From a virus (lineage: Duplodnaviria > Caudoviricetes): a stretch of 55,910 bases of DNA. The notes beneath the pieces were generated by a model, which did not search any database, was not told the origin of the DNA, and was given only the letters and a program-made list of their open reading frames with translations. A program made the translations under genes and the position numbers. The DNA lies in the IMG/VR virus record IMGVR_UViG_3300043446_005140, positions 1 to 55,910 of that record; one strand, given 5' to 3'. Each line of letters begins with the position of its first letter. The stretch's first letter is position 1. This document shows positions 40,064-49,547 of this stretch, one piece after another.

Positions 40064-40861
40064 ATGGAACAACCTACGATATACGCAAAAATTATCGCCG
40101 ACTCGATAAACCTGACTGGGCAACGTCTAACGACCATAGAGGTACGTTACCCCCGATTCATTCATTCGGAGTTTATGACGCATCGAGCATTCTCGAGGAA
40201 TGCCGCATCAAGTCGGGCGATCCCGAACAACAAGCTGGTCTCCCAGGTACGAAACAATCCGGCAGAACCGATTGCGTGGGGGCGTAATCGCAGCGGAATG
40301 TCTGCCGACACGGAGCTGGACGACGAGATGATCGCCACGATTCGGCGTGAATGGCATGAGCTGGCCAGGCACACGGCAGACGTGGCCGAGCGATGGGCTG
40401 GGATGGGTTTGCACAAACAAGTTGTAAACCGCGTTCTTGAGCCTTTTTTGCCGATCACCGTGATCGTCACGGCAACTGAATGGAACAATTTCTTCGTGCA
40501 ACGCATCTCGACGCACGCCCAACCAGAAATAGAAAAGCTGGCGACAGAAATGAAATCGGCACTCGATGGGAATAAACCGGAGACGCTACGAGCCGCAGAA
40601 TGGCATACGCCATATGTGACCCCTGCGGAGATGGACCTACCGATTTTTCAAAGATGCAAAATATCCGTGGCGCGGTGCGCTCGGGTTTCGTACCTTAATC
40701 ATCAAGGTGTTCGTGACCTAGATGCAGATGTGAAACTTTATGAACGCCTATTAAGTGACGGGCATCACAGTCCGTTTGAACACGTAGCGACCCCCGTTCT
40801 CGGCAGGGTCGCCAACTTCGAGGGGTGGGGCAGCCTCCGAGCTTTAGTGTTGGGCCATTAA
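40064..40861 (+). CDS. thyX: Flavin-dependent thymidylate synthase
   Basis: EFMTHRAFSRNAASSR, HAQPEI, CARVSY and HHSPFEH motifs. Confidence 0.9.
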   Translation: MEQPTIYAKIIADSINLTGQRLTTIEVRYPRFIHSEFMTHRAFSRNAASSRAIPNNKLVSQVRNNPAEPIAWGRNRSGMSADTELDDEMIATIRREWHELARHTADVAERWAGMGLHKQVVNRVLEPFLPITVIVTATEWNNFFVQRISTHAQPEIEKLATEMKSALDGNKPETLRAAEWHTPYVTPAEMDLPIFQRCKISVARCARVSYLNHQGVRDLDADVKLYERLLSDGHHSPFEHVATPVLGRVANFEGWGSLRALVLGH

Positions 40862-40874
40862 CCTAGGGGTAGTT

Positions 40875-41096
40875 ATGAAAAAGCACTACTGGGCGGTAAA
40901 GTCAATCATGGGCTGCTGGTTAGTGGAGTCTACAACGCGTGAGGAAATGGGATTACCTGGGATCGATTGGGTGGATTTCAAACGCGGACGCAAGGTGTTC
41001 CGCGCCACGAGATGTGTAGCACGCAAGTTTTTGCGGTACGTCAATGCCGCAACCGTCGCCGAAGCAACACTAGTTAGGATCAAGAGGAAACGATGA
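40875..41096 (+). CDS. Hypothetical basic protein
   Basis: Operonic ORF. Confidence 0.55.
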   Translation: MKKHYWAVKSIMGCWLVESTTREEMGLPGIDWVDFKRGRKVFRATRCVARKFLRYVNAATVAEATLVRIKRKR

Positions 41097-41350
41097 ACGA
41101 ATTAACGGCCATGTGCGACACCATTTGCAGGCTGTACCGAGCGGACACGGGAGGGCAAGTCGAAGTTCGTGCGTCATACCAATTGGAGTCCAAGACATGG
41201 GTATTGAGCGTTGGTCGCTATTCGTCCAAGGGAGATACGGCCACGTCAGCTGCATCCGGTCTCATTGTGCAGTTGACCGAATCGGTCAAATCAAAGCGGC
41301 AATATCACACCCGCGAAATAGCCTCGTTGGACGAGGTGCTTGGACTTTGA
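41093..41350 (+). CDS. Hypothetical protein
   Basis: GAGG RBS; ATGA coupling. Confidence 0.65.
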   Translation: MNELTAMCDTICRLYRADTGGQVEVRASYQLESKTWVLSVGRYSSKGDTATSAASGLIVQLTESVKSKRQYHTREIASLDEVLGL

Positions 41351-41445
41351 TGGCCTAGTTTTTTCCTGGAACAAGTAATCATTGAGATCCGGTTGTCGTC
41401 AGGCAACCGGATTTTTTCGTCTGCATAATCAACACCGGAGAGATA

Positions 41446-43527
41446 ATGGACGTTTTTGCCGACAATCCCTTGGGACTCGAGATTTTCAAATTCAAGTATG
41501 CCGCGTCTGCCACCGAGACATGGGCGGAACGCGCCAAGTGTGTTGCCGACGCAGTGATCATGCCCGTCATCAATACCAACGACATGGGCATTTTGCGTGA
41601 CGCACATAATCATGTTGCCCAGATGATTGCAACGCACCAGTTTCTGCCAGGTGGACGATACTTGTATTACGCAGGTCGTTCCTACAAGGCGTACAACAAT
41701 TGCTATCTGCTGAGAGCCATAGAAGATACGCGCGAGGATTGGGCCGATCTAAGCTGGAAAGCGGAACGGTGCCTTAGCACGGGGGGCGGAATCGGAGTTG
41801 ATTACAGCGTGTACCGCGCACGTGGTGCGCGGCTGAATCGAACGGGCGGAGTTGCATCCGGTCCCATCTCCAAGATGCGTATGATCAACGAGATTGGTCG
41901 CGAAGTGATGCAAGGCGGCTCCAGGCGTTCTGCGATCTATGCGTCGCTGAACTGGCAACACCCCGACGCCGGTGACTTTTTGAAGGCCAAGAATTGGCGT
42001 GACATGCGCGTGCCCGGAACGGAACGCACGGTTGCCGATCTAAAAGAGGCTGATTTCAACTGGCCGGCACCGTTGGACATGACCAACATTAGCCTGAACT
42101 ACGACGACGCCTGGCTGGCGAATCGAATGCATCCAACGTTTGTCGAAAACGTACGCCAAGCGCTGAAGACGGGCGAGCCAGGGTTCTCGTTCAATTTCGG
42201 CGCAAAACAGAACGAAACACTGCGGAATGCACCTGTTTCGGCAGATACGTCGGTATTGACGGACATCGGGTACACTCGGATTGCGGATATCATTGACCAG
42301 CCGGTTACCGTATGGACTGGCAAGCAATGGGCGCAAACGGTGTTCAAGCAAACTTATCCGAGTGCTCCAATTGTTTCTATACACATGTCCAATGGTCGAC
42401 AAATCAAAGCTGACTACGGACATCCATTTCTAGTCAAGGTGGACGGGCAGCCTACGATTCGACTACAAGCGTGGCGACTGGCAAAGGGAGACGAGCTGGA
42501 AGTCAGTTTTCCACACGGAGATAACAATCCTTGTTATGTGACAGATGTCGTCTTCGAACAATTTGAAGAGCCTGTGTACTGCTGCGACGTACGTGTTCCG
42601 GAGCATACGTTCTGTGCAGACGGAGTCATCATCTCGAACTGCACCGAAGTGTCCAGCGAGGACGACAGTGACGTGTGCAACCTGGGTAGCATCAACCTGG
42701 GGAGAATAGACACGTTGCCCCAGTTTGCCGACGCGGTGCGAGCTGCCACGATCTTTTTGTTGTGTGGAACAATGGTTGCGGATTTGCCGTACGCCAAGGT
42801 CGACGAGATCCGACGCAAGAACCGCCGTCTTGGGCTTGGGTTGATGGGGGTGCACGAATGGCTGATACAGCGCGGATACCGTTACGAAATGAACAACGAG
42901 TTGCGGCAATGGCTACAAGTCTATCGAGACGTATCACGACAAACAGCGGACGAAGTGGCGGACGCACTGGGAATCTCCAGGCCGGTTGCGTGTCGTGCGA
43001 TTGCTCCGACGGGGACCATTGGGATCTTGGCCGGTACGACGACGGGTATCGAACCGCTGTATGCAGTCGCCTATAAGCGGCGGTACCTAAAGAACGGCAA
43101 GGACTGGATGTACCAGCTTGTGGTCGACTCAACTGCCAAAAGGGTGATCGAAAAATACGGAGTTGATCCGGAGTCCATCGAAAGTGCAATTGACCTGGCT
43201 CGAGATCCCGCACGTCGAATCGCATTCCAGGCGGACATCCAAGATTACGTCGACATGTCCATATCCAGCACGATCAATCTGCCGGCATGGGGCTCGCCCG
43301 AAAACAATCCCGATACGGTGCAATCCTTCGCCGAGACGTTGGCAACCTATGCGCCCAGGCTAAGGGGGTTTACTGCGTATCCCGACGGAGCGCGAGGTGG
43401 TCAGCCGTTGGTACGGGTCCCCTACGGAGAGGCATTGCAATCATACGGCCAGGAGTTCCAGGAAACGGTTGTCGAGTCGCATGACATTTGCGTCATCGGA
43501 GGCAAAGGAGGAGTGTGCGGCGTCTAG
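41446..43527 (+). CDS. nrdJ: Ribonucleotide reductase, probably class II (B12-dependent), intein-containing
   Basis: PGGR, NCY, GGGIG, RRSA, GEPG, NA/CTE, CNLGSINL, RRLGLG and APTGT motifs; no small-subunit gene seen. Confidence 0.9.
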   Translation: MDVFADNPLGLEIFKFKYAASATETWAERAKCVADAVIMPVINTNDMGILRDAHNHVAQMIATHQFLPGGRYLYYAGRSYKAYNNCYLLRAIEDTREDWADLSWKAERCLSTGGGIGVDYSVYRARGARLNRTGGVASGPISKMRMINEIGREVMQGGSRRSAIYASLNWQHPDAGDFLKAKNWRDMRVPGTERTVADLKEADFNWPAPLDMTNISLNYDDAWLANRMHPTFVENVRQALKTGEPGFSFNFGAKQNETLRNAPVSADTSVLTDIGYTRIADIIDQPVTVWTGKQWAQTVFKQTYPSAPIVSIHMSNGRQIKADYGHPFLVKVDGQPTIRLQAWRLAKGDELEVSFPHGDNNPCYVTDVVFEQFEEPVYCCDVRVPEHTFCADGVIISNCTEVSSEDDSDVCNLGSINLGRIDTLPQFADAVRAATIFLLCGTMVADLPYAKVDEIRRKNRRLGLGLMGVHEWLIQRGYRYEMNNELRQWLQVYRDVSRQTADEVADALGISRPVACRAIAPTGTIGILAGTTTGIEPLYAVAYKRRYLKNGKDWMYQLVVDSTAKRVIEKYGVDPESIESAIDLARDPARRIAFQADIQDYVDMSISSTINLPAWGSPENNPDTVQSFAETLATYAPRLRGFTAYPDGARGGQPLVRVPYGEALQSYGQEFQETVVESHDICVIGGKGGVCGV
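42232..42639 (+). mobile_element. Mini-intein (136 aa) in RNR, no homing endonuclease
   Basis: Interrupts N-A|C-T-E; block B ADYGHPF, block F VYCCDV, ends ...HTFCADGVIISN|C. Confidence 0.9.
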
Positions 43528-43609
43528 GGGTTTGATATCAGAATAGCGAATACGAAATAATCGGTGGCGTCGGTAATTCCGGCGCCACATTCGTTTCAAC
43601 AGGTGCAAT

Positions 43610-43981
43610 ATGACCAAATTCAAACTGACAAATCCCGAATCTCCCAAGTCGAAAACCAAGTCAACCAAGTCGAAAAACCCGTTCGACGACAACGCACGGC
43701 AGGTTTTGGATTTGTGGCGAGACATGGCGACGCTGGCGCTGAATGGCAGAAAACCCACCGTTCGCCCGATGTACTACAAGGCAGCGTGCACCTTGGCGGC
43801 TGGATTTCCGCTACCGGAAGCGCTGGACATAGTCCGGAATGCATTCCGGGATGCGTGGTGGGTAAAGACCGGCATGAACCTACAGTATCTCGCATGTAAC
43901 CCAGACCGATTCCGGGCCTCGGGGACCGTCAGCCCGCCCTCCCAGTACCAGTACGGCGACGCACCCACGTTTGAATGGTGA
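43610..43981 (+). CDS. Hypothetical protein, possibly replication-initiator C-terminal-like domain
   Basis: AF.DAWW......L.YL....DRF pattern; adjacent to the AT-rich region. Confidence 0.45.
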   Translation: MTKFKLTNPESPKSKTKSTKSKNPFDDNARQVLDLWRDMATLALNGRKPTVRPMYYKAACTLAAGFPLPEALDIVRNAFRDAWWVKTGMNLQYLACNPDRFRASGTVSPPSQYQYGDAPTFEW

Positions 43982-44124
43982 TTGCTGGCGCGGGAATGGC
44001 CCTAGATGGAATCTTTGGCACCCTATGGCGGCACCTCTAGCCAACGGCCCCAAAAACTCCATTACTGGGCCTCTCCTGCGAGGCAAACGGCTACTTGCAA
44101 TAATCTCGGGCAAATTGGGGGGAG

Positions 44125-44440
44125 ACGGGGTATATATATTATATATTATATATATCTTGTATGTGATCTGTATTCCAGTAATAATACAAATACTTGAAGT
44201 AAGATACTGGAGATCAGAAACAAGTCTTAGAGATTTCAAGTAAATCTTCTGCTTCAAGTCTTAGAGTATTTAAGCAAGTATTCTGTATTGGATCTAGTAT
44301 TTGCTAGCCAGGCTTGCATGTATATTCTTGCTTTAAGTCAAGACTTAAGAACGAAGATCCAAGTATTACAAATACCAAGTATGAATACATAATATCCAAA
44401 GTATCTAAAGATATTTCGTATATGTATTTGCATTAGTGTT
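44125..44440. other. AT-rich region with iteron-like repeats (putative replication origin)
   Basis: TA-rich tract 44131-44156; CAAGTCTTAGAG at 44221 and 44255; repeated CAAGTAT; lies upstream of dnaB. Confidence 0.6.
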
Positions 44441-44640
44441 TTACGCGCGATTCCATCCTGGGATGCTCCGAAGGTCAGCCGGGTTGGACCGAGTGGTCAC
44501 ACCGGGTGGTCCTCGGCATGGGCGTGTGCGCGCCTGGCCCGCAAATTCCGAACATATCGCCGAATACCCGCATGTTGCGGCGACATATCAACCGGGTCCC
44601 AAGTGTTGCGACGACGACAATCGTCGGCTAGAGATTGTGA

Positions 44641-44916
44641 ATGTCCGTTTCGGTACCTCGAAAAGCCATGAAGAGCCTGATGGTGATTGCCATGCGTGGC
44701 GCTTGGTACTCCCCGGTGGAGGCAGAGGAGGTGCAACGGCTTATACGGCGCTTTGCTTCAAGGATTGGGGACCACTTGCTGGAGGAATTAGCGCATGAAT
44801 TGGCTCAAGAAATTGACCGCAAGACTCGATACCGAAATGACGACGAACGGCACTCAGGATGGATCGAGCTTCAAGAATGGCTCGAATCCAGACTCGACAA
44901 ATTTCGATCAGAGTAA
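44641..44916 (+). CDS. Hypothetical protein
   Basis: Operonic ORF; start uncertain. Confidence 0.5.
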   Translation: MSVSVPRKAMKSLMVIAMRGAWYSPVEAEEVQRLIRRFASRIGDHLLEELAHELAQEIDRKTRYRNDDERHSGWIELQEWLESRLDKFRSE

Positions 44917-45196
44917 TCATCGACCACAAGTTGTGGCATACGCAACAAGCAGCGGGTCGGTCTACCAGGTGGATTACACGAATAAGCGCGTGAGGCGTCT
45001 ACAAGGGAATGGGCCGGCGACGGATCGCCAGGGGCCAGACGGTCAATGGAAGTCCTTTGAGGACGTTGTGGAAACTTCCGATGGTGCATTGGGGTTTGTC
45101 TGGCGAGTCGACACCGAACCGGGGCGCGTCGTGTTTCGTTCCACAGTCACCAGCCCCGTGGTCGCCCAAGTTAATCTGGACGAGGTGGCGTCATGA
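44795..45196 (+). CDS. Hypothetical protein
   Basis: T.SGS.Y.VD....R.RR...TSPV pattern of small phage proteins; start uncertain. Confidence 0.55.
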   Translation: MNWLKKLTARLDTEMTTNGTQDGSSFKNGSNPDSTNFDQSNHRPQVVAYATSSGSVYQVDYTNKRVRRLQGNGPATDRQGPDGQWKSFEDVVETSDGALGFVWRVDTEPGRVVFRSTVTSPVVAQVNLDEVAS

Positions 45197-45390
45197 GGCC
45201 GCGTTCATTTATTCGTAACAAGCTGGTTGGGATCCGACGAATTGCACGCGCAGGCATTCCGATCCCCGAGATTGCCCAGATCGATTTGTGGCGGGTTGTA
45301 ATGGTCCTTGAGGCCAGAACCCGACGACAAGAGTCCGAGATCAAGCGCATGACCAAACGATTGCGCGATCTCGAGGACGATGGCAAGTGA
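45193..45390 (+). CDS. Hypothetical protein
   Basis: Coupled on both sides; GAGG RBS. Confidence 0.6.
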   Translation: MRPRSFIRNKLVGIRRIARAGIPIPEIAQIDLWRVVMVLEARTRRQESEIKRMTKRLRDLEDDGK

Positions 45391-46631
45391 AGCATCTCGA
45401 GGAAAAAATCTTGGCTGCGGCGTTGGGGGACGCCGAGTGTCGAGAGGATCTGATTGCTGGCGCCAAGGTTGATTGGTTCGGCGATCCGACGAACGCAAAA
45501 ATCTACCAGGTGATCGGCGAGATGGTCGGTCACGGTAGAACACCCGACGCCACCAGTGTCGCAGTGTACTGCCCATTGGTGGCAGACAAGTGTGCCGAGC
45601 TGGCCGGCATGTCGTACGGACGACACGCAATGTCCGAGTATCTGGATGGATTGCGCAAGACGTACCTGGTGCGGCGGATCACCCAGATTGCAGGTGACAT
45701 TCCGCACCGGACATTCCTCACCAAGGATGCAGACCAACTGATTTCGGAGATCACCGACGAGATCACCGCATTGGGGAACGACCGCCCAGGATCCAGCTTG
45801 TTGGATTCGCGGCAAGCGGCCCAACTTGGGTGGGTCCGCGCTAGCCAGCGGCCAGACCCCCAGTCCAGGATATCGACCGGCTTTGCGGAGCTGGACAAGA
45901 CGATTGGTGGGTTCCAACCCGGCAGGTTGTATCTGGTTGGAGCCAGACCTGGGCAAGGCAAGTCGGGGCTATTGTTTGGGTGGGGATGCGATATCGCCCG
46001 ATCTGGCAAGACCGTGGCCGGCTATAGCTTGGAAATGCCAACCTCGGAGGTGATGCTGCGGCTGGCCTGTAGGTACTCGGGGATTGGCTTTCACAAGACT
46101 GACGGGGGAGCACTGAATTTGGATGAGATGGGGCGTCTGAAACAGGCGTTTGATCACCTAGGTGGTAACCCCATGTGGCTGGACGACATGCCTGGTGCAC
46201 CGGTGCATTCGATCATCTCTTCCAGTCGTGCTGTGTTTCGGAAATCAGGTTTCCCCAAAGGAGCCATTATCGTCGACTATTTGCAGCTAATGGGCGTGTC
46301 CCAGGCCGACACCAGGGATCAGCAAATTGGGGCCATCACACGTGCGCTCAAGGGGGCGGCCAAGACCTTGGGTGTGCCGGTTATCGTAGCATCCCAGCTC
46401 AATCGGGAAGTCGAGCGGCGAGACGACAAGCGACCTCAACTCAGCGACTTGCGAGAGTCCGGATCCATCGAACAGGACGCAGACTGCGTCATGTTTCTGT
46501 ATCGCGACGAATACTATAAGCCCGGTAATAATCCAGGTGTCGCCGAGATCATCGTTGCTAAAAATCGTAGCGGCCCGTGTGGCACGATCAAAGTAAAATT
46601 CGACCCAAGTACGATCTCTTTTAGGCCATAA
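45387..46631 (+). CDS. dnaB: Replicative DNA helicase
   Basis: GARPGQGKS, SLEM, IVDYLQL, SQLNR, SDLRESGSIEQDAD and KNRSG motifs. Confidence 0.97.
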   Translation: MKHLEEKILAAALGDAECREDLIAGAKVDWFGDPTNAKIYQVIGEMVGHGRTPDATSVAVYCPLVADKCAELAGMSYGRHAMSEYLDGLRKTYLVRRITQIAGDIPHRTFLTKDADQLISEITDEITALGNDRPGSSLLDSRQAAQLGWVRASQRPDPQSRISTGFAELDKTIGGFQPGRLYLVGARPGQGKSGLLFGWGCDIARSGKTVAGYSLEMPTSEVMLRLACRYSGIGFHKTDGGALNLDEMGRLKQAFDHLGGNPMWLDDMPGAPVHSIISSSRAVFRKSGFPKGAIIVDYLQLMGVSQADTRDQQIGAITRALKGAAKTLGVPVIVASQLNREVERRDDKRPQLSDLRESGSIEQDADCVMFLYRDEYYKPGNNPGVAEIIVAKNRSGPCGTIKVKFDPSTISFRP

Positions 46632-46645
46632 GTGTCTGACTTGAC

Positions 46646-47092
46646 TTGCAAATTGCAATCAATGCGGTAAGATTATTGGGTTGGATGCAGTTACCTGGAA
46701 ACCTTAACTTACTTAGCCAATATGCCTCTATAGCTTTGCTTGACTTTACCGTCCCTGGCGTGCCGGTGCCGAAACAACGTCCCCGTCTAGCCAAAAATGG
46801 TCGCGTGTATACCCCTGCCAGAACACGTGAATACGAGTATCTGGTGGGGGACCATGCACGTGCCGCCGTCAAACGAACAGGATGGGCCAACGTTCCTGGC
46901 GAATACGCTCTCCAGGTGACCGTATACCGGGTTCGGCGGGCCGGCGATTTGGACAACTACCTGAAGGCTATATCCGACGGTCTGAATGGGATTGTGTGGC
47001 CGGACGATGCGATGGTTCGCACGCTGATCGCGTTTGCCGATTTGAGTCGGGATAACCCACGAGCGGACATAACGGTGGGCAGATATTTGTGA
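46646..47092 (+). CDS. rusA: RusA-like Holliday junction resolvase
   Basis: G.PVPKQRPR and DLDNYLKAISDGLNG..W.DD motifs. Confidence 0.9.
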   Translation: MQIAINAVRLLGWMQLPGNLNLLSQYASIALLDFTVPGVPVPKQRPRLAKNGRVYTPARTREYEYLVGDHARAAVKRTGWANVPGEYALQVTVYRVRRAGDLDNYLKAISDGLNGIVWPDDAMVRTLIAFADLSRDNPRADITVGRYL

Positions 47093-47280
47093 GCGACGAC
47101 GAAATCGAAGAGTTGATTTTGATGGCCTGGGACCTGGGGACGCAATTGAACAATGGACAACCTCCGGACAAGTATGAACACCACCACGCTGCCAGGGTGT
47201 TGTGGCGAGCCAGGGGCATGCGCGAACCCAGATACTGCGACTGGCGGGTGCTTGTCCGAAAGGCCGGCTATGACCAGTGA
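47089..47280 (+). CDS. Hypothetical protein
   Basis: Coupled (GTGA) small ORF. Confidence 0.5.
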   Translation: MSDDEIEELILMAWDLGTQLNNGQPPDKYEHHHAARVLWRARGMREPRYCDWRVLVRKAGYDQ

Positions 47281-47764
47281 ACTAGCGCGTCCGGGGATCA
47301 TTCCAAGCGTGACAGCCGCCGAGGTGGTGGCTCACATCCAAGGTGCACCAAATACCGTTGCCGCATGGTGTTTGGCCGACCTTCGCAAGACACCCAACGT
47401 CTGGAGACTGGGCGGGGCTATCGACAACCTACGAAATATAGCCAAGTGGAACCGCCGTCTTGAGGGCGAAGTGATTCACGATCTTGTGTGTGTATTCTAC
47501 AAAACGATCCACGAAGGAGACATCGCTGCGTTGTGCGCCAGCTATGAGATGTTGGCTGACATATCCAAGCATGTACCAGCACTGGATAGACCGGTGTTGC
47601 TCGAGCAATTGGCGGAACCGTTATCTTCTAGCGAAGCGAAGTCGCTGGCTGTGAATTACGTGGCCGACGCCCAAGTGGCGCTGGCCGGCTGGGTGGAACA
47701 ATGGAACAAGCTAAACGAAAAAAAGAACCTGAGGTATCAACGGAAGATGGCGTCTCTTCACTAG
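47270..47764 (+). CDS. Hypothetical protein
   Basis: Operonic ORF starting MTSELAR. Confidence 0.6.
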   Translation: MTSELARPGIIPSVTAAEVVAHIQGAPNTVAAWCLADLRKTPNVWRLGGAIDNLRNIAKWNRRLEGEVIHDLVCVFYKTIHEGDIAALCASYEMLADISKHVPALDRPVLLEQLAEPLSSSEAKSLAVNYVADAQVALAGWVEQWNKLNEKKNLRYQRKMASLH

Positions 47765-48027
47765 ATTGGGACTCATTGCCAGGAGTGGACTGGATGCCCA
47801 TTGTCCAGTTTCACAAATACTTGCAAGGGATATCCATGCGGACGCTGCGACGGTGGGCCGAAAATGGCGATATTCCCGCTAGTAAGCGAGGGACTGGGCG
47901 CTGGAGCGTACACTTGCGGGCGTTGCGCGAAATTCGCGTCCAGATGTATCGTCATGAGAAATACAAGGAAGCCGTGCAAACTGGGATTTTGATGTTTGAC
48001 GACGAAAGCGTCGACTTTCGGAAATGA
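47701..48027 (+). CDS. Excisionase/MerR-like winged-HTH DNA-binding protein
   Basis: ISMRTLRRWAENGDIPASKRGTGRW motif. Confidence 0.75.
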   Translation: MEQAKRKKEPEVSTEDGVSSLDWDSLPGVDWMPIVQFHKYLQGISMRTLRRWAENGDIPASKRGTGRWSVHLRALREIRVQMYRHEKYKEAVQTGILMFDDESVDFRK

Positions 48028-48224
48028 ACGTCATGAAGCGCATGGATTATCGAGTGCCAATCGTTGGCTATTGGATCACTATCCAAGACAACATTCCTGA
48101 CAACCAGTGGGCCGCGCTGTGGGCGGACTGGTGTTGGAAAACCAGCTCGTCGATCCGTTTAGTGGACATACCTAGCGGCTTGATCGAACGCGAGTTTCAT
48201 CCAGCGGAGTCTCGTCGAAAATGA
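48024..48224 (+). CDS. Hypothetical protein
   Basis: ATGA-coupled on both sides. Confidence 0.55.
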   Translation: MNVMKRMDYRVPIVGYWITIQDNIPDNQWAALWADWCWKTSSSIRLVDIPSGLIEREFHPAESRRK

Positions 48225-48997
48225 AAGTGCATCATTTCCAGGATGGCGTGGCCATTTGCGGCGATTGCATGGACCCGTCCGTAGTGGATACCGTTTGGCA
48301 GATTGCGGGCCAGGGCGTGCCGTTGATGATCGCCGACCCACCGTATGGTGGAATCGTCAACGAGGCGTGGGATAACATCATCACCGACGGTGATCTGGCT
48401 CTGTATTTGCGCGACATGACCCGAACTTATGCCGACTTGGTCTTGAACGGCGGCGCGCTGTATGTGTGGGGAGGAATCGGCAAGCCCGGCAGTCGTGCGT
48501 TCTTGCGCTATTTGGTCGAGACGGAACAAGTTGGTTCACTCGAGTTGGCCAATCTGATCACGTGGTCAAAGAAAAGGGCGTATGGCGTTCAGAACAACTA
48601 CTTGTGGACGCGCGAGGAGTGCGCGTATTGGGTGCACGGCGACGCCAAGAAACCGCGAAGGTTCAACATCCCTTTGCTGGACCAGAAACGTGGTTATGCC
48701 GGGTACAATGCGAAATACCCTGCCAAGTCGGAATACTTGCGCCGGACCAATGTGTGGACCGATGTAACAGAAATATTTCGAGGCAAAGTACATCCAACTC
48801 AAAAGGCACAACGGGTCATCGAGATCCCGATCCAGGTACACACAGACCCAGGCGAATACGTGATTGACCCATTCGCGGGGTCGGGGACAACCGGGATGGC
48901 GTGTCGTGCGTTGGGTCGCAAGTTTATCTTGATTGAACAAGATCCGGTTCATTTTGACGGCATGCTTTCCAGGCTGGCAACCGACAGCGGTCAGTGA
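48221..48997 (+). CDS. DNA methyltransferase (beta class)
   Basis: CGDC, IADPPY, HPTQK and DPFAGSGTT motifs. Confidence 0.92.
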   Translation: MKVHHFQDGVAICGDCMDPSVVDTVWQIAGQGVPLMIADPPYGGIVNEAWDNIITDGDLALYLRDMTRTYADLVLNGGALYVWGGIGKPGSRAFLRYLVETEQVGSLELANLITWSKKRAYGVQNNYLWTREECAYWVHGDAKKPRRFNIPLLDQKRGYAGYNAKYPAKSEYLRRTNVWTDVTEIFRGKVHPTQKAQRVIEIPIQVHTDPGEYVIDPFAGSGTTGMACRALGRKFILIEQDPVHFDGMLSRLATDSGQ

Positions 48998-49021
48998 CCT
49001 ACAGTGACAAACGGAGAAATC

Positions 49022-49249
49022 ATGTACACCCTAATTGGCAAATACGTTTATGTGATGGCGGCGTCCTATGCGTACGCGGGTAAGCTCGTTGAGGTTACCG
49101 AGGAAGGCATCAAGATTGAGGACCCCTCAATCGTGTACGATACGGGGCCTTGGGACGCTGCGGACTGGGCCGATGCGCAGCGTCTGCCCACGAAGTGGGT
49201 CTTTGTTGGAGCGGCGCAAATCGAAAGTGCCTTCGCCGTAGAGCGATGA
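49022..49249 (+). CDS. Sm/LSm-like fold small protein
   Basis: LIGKYVYV...YAGKLVEV...IKIED (Sm1-like) and VFVG..QIESAF (Sm2-like); GGAG RBS. Confidence 0.55.
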   Translation: MYTLIGKYVYVMAASYAYAGKLVEVTEEGIKIEDPSIVYDTGPWDAADWADAQRLPTKWVFVGAAQIESAFAVER

Positions 49250-49446
49250 GGCGGACTCAATATCGTAGGTGGGCGCGGTCGGGGTCGCGGTCGCGGTCGT
49301 GGTCGCGGTCGGGGTCGTGGTCGCGGTCGTGGTCGCGGTCGGGGTCGCGGTCGTGGTCGCGGTCGGGGTCGTGGTCGCGGTCGCGGTCGTGGTCGCGGTC
49401 GGGGTCGCGGTCGGGGTCGTGGTCGCGGTTGGGGTCGGAGCAATGA
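49246..49446 (+). CDS. Ser-(Arg/Trp/Gly) dipeptide-repeat protein, 66 aa
   Basis: ATG overlaps the stop of the Sm-like gene; MRRTQYRRWARSGSRSRSWSRSGSW... Confidence 0.65.
   Translation: MRRTQYRRWARSGSRSRSWSRSGSWSRSWSRSGSRSWSRSGSWSRSRSWSRSGSRSGSWSRLGSEQ
49276..49437. repeat. Hexamer tandem repeat TCG-BGG
   Basis: Units TCGCGG, TCGGGG and TCGTGG vary essentially at one position. Confidence 0.95.
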
Positions 49447-49547
49447 TTCGCAACCGGAGTTCCAAACGATGGAATCCCTTAGTGGATGACGACGAAGCGT
49501 AATACTTGACGCACGCTGGTAAGTCGCGGGCCAGGCGCGCACGCATG

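Noticed and set aside
43880-44257. ORFs over the AT-rich island
   Set aside because: I/Y-rich translation of a TA microsatellite; no RBS or family motifs.
44911-44922. GAGTAATCATCG also at 52750 and reversed near 51087
   Set aside because: Two copies coincide with TAA stop codons; short enough to be chance, so not claimed.
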